A stretch of DNA of 64,000 nt from contig NW_003314282.1 of assembly GCF_000143415.4 (NCBI RefSeq), positions 35,700 to 99,699 on the forward strand, given 5' to 3'. The notes below the pieces were generated by a model. That model had not been told where the DNA came from and ran no database searches. It was given only the letters and a program-made list of their open reading frames with translations. A program made the position numbers and the translations under genes. This DNA comes from Selaginella moellendorffii (lineage: Eukaryota; Plantae; Lycopodiophyta). Positions 59,176 to 64,000 of this stretch are shown in pieces. How positions within the stretch are numbered: position 1 is the first letter of the stretch; each line of letters starts with the position of its first letter.

Positions 59176-60956
59176 TTAGAGTTCACTCTGCGCATCAGCA
59201 TTCTCATCAGCAGCCATTAGTTCCTCGAGAGAGAATTCCTCTTCTGGAATAGCTTCCCCATCTTTACCATCCCAAGGATCGGTTTTGACGATCTCGTAGC
59301 CGGTGCCAAGCGGAAGGTTTCCTTTCCCACCTTGTCCTGCATCTTTCACGAAGTCCCTGCAATCGGCAAGAACAACGATATCAGTCCTTGGCGACTCAAG
59401 TGCCATTAAAGACTTACAGCACGGAGCTTGGTTCAAAAGCACTTCTTAACGGGAGAAACACCGCCTTTTTCACGTTGAGAGCGACTAATGCCGGGTAGCC
59501 ATATCCACCAACTTGAACAGCTTTTTCGAGGGATGGTTGCTTGCCAGCCTCGGCCCACAAGTACCTGCAATATCGCCGCTGTAGATCCAAAGTTCGGAAG
59601 AGAGCTAGTTACGTACCCATAGGGGTCTTTCCCAAACTTCGTGGCAAGGTTCTTCAGGATGTCCAAGTATTGGTTACGGCCGTCAGCCTTTGAGTCCAGA
59701 ATATCTGGAAGAAACGTCACAAAACAAATTGCTGCCGAAGAGCAGTGACTTTCCATGATTTCCTGCACAAGAATGTGAATCAAAGACGAGGAATGCATGG
59801 TAACAATAAGTTTCGTACCGGTCCAGTCAGCTCAGTAACTTCTGGCGGAACAGCGCTACTTTCCAGCAGCTGAAGAGCATGAGACTCAATCGCTGATGCG
59901 TCTCTCGCACCTTGGTAAACCGTCGGGTTCTGCTTATCTGCTCCAAAAACCAGAATAGTTGGAAATCCTGTGACACTGTACTTGCTCATAAGATCCTGTT
60001 TAAAGAAAGAAAACAGGTCATGGACAGCCCTCTTGTCATTTTGTATGCAAGACGAACCTTGTGCGCGTCGCCATCCACCTGTCCAAGCTTAACTTTGCCT
60101 TTCAGCCTCTTGGCAGCATTCTTCCATTCTGGCGCAAGTTTCTTACAATGACCACACCTATGGTAAAAAAGTTAAAACTTTCATCCAGAATTAATAGCAA
60201 TAAGGAGTACCAAGGCGCGAAAAACTCAACGAGCCAGATATCGTTGCTCTTTAGCACTTGCTCGTCAAAGTTCGTTGGCGTAAGCTCAATCGACGCCTTC
60301 TCCTTATCTGGGTTCTTCTTCTCCTTGTCTTGGCTCTTCTTTTTGGACTTGAGTCTATCAAGTGCAAGAGTCTTGGCCTGCTTAACCAGTTGAGAAAAAA
60401 GAAAACACGAAAGGAAATATCTCTAACCTGTTGAAGCGCGAATTCGACAATTCCCTTTGCCTCCCGTGGACCCTGATAATCGATAGGGGATTTCCCTACT
60501 CCAAAAACTTTGATCGTAGGAAATCCTTGGAGTCCATATTCCTGGAATGAATCGACATGATGGAGGAGTTGATAATTCTTATAGAAAACCACACGTACCG
60601 CTGCCAGAGATTTGTGCGTATCAGCATCAACAGCTGCGATGGTAACAATCCCTTTTAACGCTGTGGCTGCTTTGTCCCATGCTGGAGCTAGAGCTTTACA
60701 GTGACCACACCAGTTCGCGAAGAACTCGACAATTACGATTCCTTTAGCGTCGAGCACCTAGGAAGAAGAATCCTCGTCTATATGACGCCTAGAGAATGGA
60801 CAATGCAGGTGTTCATACCTTGGACTTGAAATTCGATGGATTGACAATGACAACGTCCGAGGATGCATCGTAAAGACCTTGCGCCGCTCCAGCGATTCCA
60901 AGAACAAGTAGAATCAGGAGAAGCGCGCTGCGAGAAGATCGTCGTCCCATCTCCAT
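59176..60956 (-). CDS. PDIL2: Protein disulfide isomerase-like 2 (PDIA6/P5 type, a-a-b), multi-exon
   Basis: Signal peptide, [16 protein letters not shown], second site EFFAPW|[40 protein letters not shown]-terminal QSEL*. ATG at 60956 or 60950. Confidence 0.94.
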
Positions 60957-61100
60957 TCTTCTCTCGCTCGCCTAGGGTTTATCAACCCAAGCAAAAATTG
61001 TAGGTGACGTGTGACGTGGTTTGGTATACGTGGCATAATTCCATTGGCAACATAATCCTACGTGGCTACTCTAGGGCAAGGGTTCTTGAGCTCTTTCCCA
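60957..61100. promoter_or_regulatory. Bidirectional promoter with ERSE-I, UPRE and telo-box motifs
   Basis: Minus-strand CCAAT-N9-CCACG at 61047-61029, TGACGTGG at 61012-61019, TGACGTGT at 61005-61012, TAGGGTTT at 60973-60980. Confidence 0.7.
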
Positions 61101-64000
61101 ATGGCGGAAGACAAGCGCGAATACAAGCTGCGTTGCCAGCTGATCGGACACGAGGACGATGTAAGATTTCTCTCGATTTCTTCTCAGGGAGCAAGAATCT
61201 CTCGTTTCCAGGTGCGCGGCTTGTGCATCGTCGGTGAATCGACTATCGCTACGGCGTCGAGGGACGGCACAGTGCGCGTGTGGAACGAGAAGGATCAGCG
61301 CTTCGATCTGGCGACGACTCTGAGAGGCCATTCCAGCTTCGTCGGCTGCGTTGCGTGGATTCCACCCTCGGACGAGATGCCGGCCGGCGGACTCGTCTCC
61401 GGTGGGATGGACACGAATGTGATCGTCTGGAAAATGGATTCCACAGAGCCAGTCTCTGTGTTGCGAGGCCACGACTTACAGGTGACCAGTGTGGTGATTG
61501 GCAATGGGGGAGAGATTTTTTCTACTTCTGTGGACAGGTTTTTTCTTAGAATTTGTCCTGCATTGTGATCCTCTATTCTCATTTTTGTTTTCTTTTTTGC
61601 AGCACTGTGAGAAGATGGAAGAAAGGGGGTGCCTCAGAAGTTCTCAAAGGTCATAGAGCACCAGTCCAGGCTGCTGTCATTCTTCCAGAAGACGTCCTTG
61701 TGACAGGTACCAAACTTCACCAGAATTTAATTCTTCTCATGACTTGAGCAGGATCGACCGATACAACTATCAAGTATTGGAAAGGCTCTATGTTCACGAA
61801 GTCTCTGGATGCTCATACTGGTTTGTAGTGTTAACTGCATTTTGCTGCACCTTCTCAAGTGTTCTTACTACAGATACCGTCAGAGGGCTGGCACTAATGC
61901 CGAACCTGGGATTTCTTTCAGCCTCTCACGATTGGTAAACTCCATTGATGTTTTATGAAGTGCTGTTTTGAGCTTACTCCTTTCTTACAGCACTGTCAAG
62001 CTTTGGTCATACGCTGGAGAACAGCTTCTCGAAATGGTTGGTCACACGGCTATTGTGTATAGCGTCGCGGGTCATTTATCAGGCGATGTGGCCTCTGGCA
62101 GTGATGATGGATATTGCAAAATTTGGAGAGGTGATTTTGATTTTGTGCTTTGAATTATGTGCATTGTTGACATGATGCATCCTTTAGGTGGCGTTTGCAT
62201 TCAGAGCCTGGAACATCCTGGATGTGTTTGGGATTTGCAATTTTTACCCAATGGTGATCTCGTGACTGCTTGTTCTGACGGGGTTGCGAGAGTATGGACG
62301 GTAGATTCCAGTCGTTATGCATCATCAGAAGAAGTTGCAGCCTTTGAAGCCTCAGTTTCTGCTCGAAAATTGCAAAAGTCAGCGTTTGCGCTATTCTTTG
62401 AGGTTTCCTTACATATTGTTGTATCTTTGCAGGAAGACGGTCGGAGGTGTCAAAGTTTCGGAATTGCCCGGCCTGGAAGCACTTCAAACCCCAGGTTCTG
62501 GCACCACGTCTATTCCTAGAGCGTTAATAAACATGATCTTTGAAACAGGACGTTCCGACGGCCAAAGCAAAATCGTCCGTGAAGGGGATACCGCTGTTGC
62601 GTATTCGTGGAACATGAAAGAATATAACTGGGACAAGGTATTAGGCACGGGCTTTTCTTGTGCTTCCTGAATACTCTTCGCAGGTGGGAGAAGTTGTTGA
62701 AGGTCCAGAAGATGCACTCGGTGCAAAGACACTAAACGGCGTTACGTATGACTACGGTAAATTTGCAGATTTTGTTTGCTTTTGGAGCGTAACTTTGACT
62801 GGTTTTTAAAGTTTTTGATGTTAATATTGAGGACGGGGAGCCGACTCGCAAGCTACCATACAATAGAGGAGGTAATTTAAATACTTCTTTTGTTGCATTT
62901 TAAAAAAAAGGTTTGTGCAGACAATCCATATGATACGGCAGATAGATGGCTTTTGAATGAAAACCTTCCCATGGGATACCGACAACAAATCGTTGATTTT
63001 ATCTTGAGAAACACAGGACAGCAAGCAAACAGTTTCATGCAATTAGATGACTGCTTTTACGATCCTTACACTGGAGGTAAATAATCGCTATATTCAATTG
63101 CTTGTTGATTCGAAGCATTTTAATCAGGAAATGCTTATGTGCCACGGCAAACATCACGCCCTGGTATGTGGAGGGTGTTGTTATACTCTCGCTATTGGTT
63201 TTTACGGTTTCTTTTGCAGCTTCTAAGACAGCGTCAACTTACAATCTGAAGCACATTCCAAAGGTAATAGATAACAGAAAGGATATAAGGAAATGACTGA
63301 CCTTATTCACAATGCAGACGGGAATAACACTTTTTGATACGAGAACGCAAACCGATGGAATTTTTAAAAAACTTACGGAATTCAACACTGGTTCTGTGGC
63401 TCTGTCGTTAGAAGAAATGGAAAGAATACAGGGAATGTTACAAGCTTTAAAAAGCACCTCGCATCAGTCCGTATTTGCCGATGCAGACTTCGAGATTTTG
63501 ACCAGGAAGCTATTTACGTGGCCAGTTGCAAATCTTTTCCCAGGTAACACGGTTTTTGTTTTTTTTTTTTTTTTTTTTCTTTATCGCGAACTCAAATTTG
63601 TGCAGTGCTGGACTTTCTAAGGATACTTGTCCTTGACCCGCAAGCTGCAAATTATTTCTCTCGGCAAAAAGGTATGGTCAAAAGCTCGTGGACTAGTTTA
63701 ACATATGTATTGATTCGCCAGATGTTCTTTTAAATCTGGTGAAGTCTGCCATTCAGTCTCCGGCTCCAAATGCAAACGTCTTTCTCAGTGCTCGGGCTAT
63801 GGTAAATTGCTTTCGACACGAGTGCTTCCAGAATTGGCTCCTCGATTCCAGAAGTGAAGTGAGTTTCTTTTATCTGTTTTGACGTTCTGCTACTGACGTG
63901 TGTAATTTTTGTGTTGCAATCAACAGATTATTGACATATTCTCGCAGTTTAGTACGTCACCTGTCAAGAACATCCGCAGTGGATACGCGCATCTACTGTT
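61101..64000 (+). CDS. PLAA: Phospholipase A2-activating protein / DOA1-UFD3 (WD40-PFU-PUL CDC48 cofactor), runs off the window end
   Basis: MAEDKREYKLRCQLIGHEDD|VRGL, WD repeats (GHSSFV, GHTAIVYSV, LEHPGCVWD), PFU (YDYVFDVNIEDGEPTRKLPYN, NPYDTADRWLLNENLP), start of PUL. Confidence 0.95.

Overview
Eukaryotic land-plant genomic DNA with one assembly gap (N, 3945-4488). The very short introns (about 50-70 bp), tight gene packing and gene content suggest the lycophyte Selaginella; this is an inference. The window has four parts. (1) 1-14.3 kb is decayed mobile DNA: a LINE fragment, LTR-element debris and a 5S-rRNA-bearing Cassandra TRIM. It also holds an unusual pseudogenised cluster of a Crinkler/RHS-type NTPase+nuclease, an intron-containing IS3EU/IS481-like DDE transposase, a long gene ending in a HECT E3 domain, and a convergent RNase H1 N-terminal-domain gene. 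(2) 14.7-21.9 kb has GDP-mannose 4,6-dehydratase, an intact GRDP gene and two inverted GRDP pseudogenes. (3) 22.6-50.3 kb is a resolvable 27.7-kb nest. An old Ty3/Gypsy element with short LTRs and a tRNA-Ala PBS hosts six younger LTR insertions, five with perfect 5-bp TSDs. One non-coding element (family A) has a 4-kb internal domain that is an almost unbroken chain of short stem-loops. (4) 50.4-64 kb is gene-dense: SPH protein, a head-to-head pair of orphan paralogs, a Kir-like channel with a non-GYG filter, DPH5, a NIP aquaporin, and PDIL2 and PLAA/UFD3 sharing a 144-bp spacer with perfect ERSE and UPRE motifs. All calls were made by eye without database searches.
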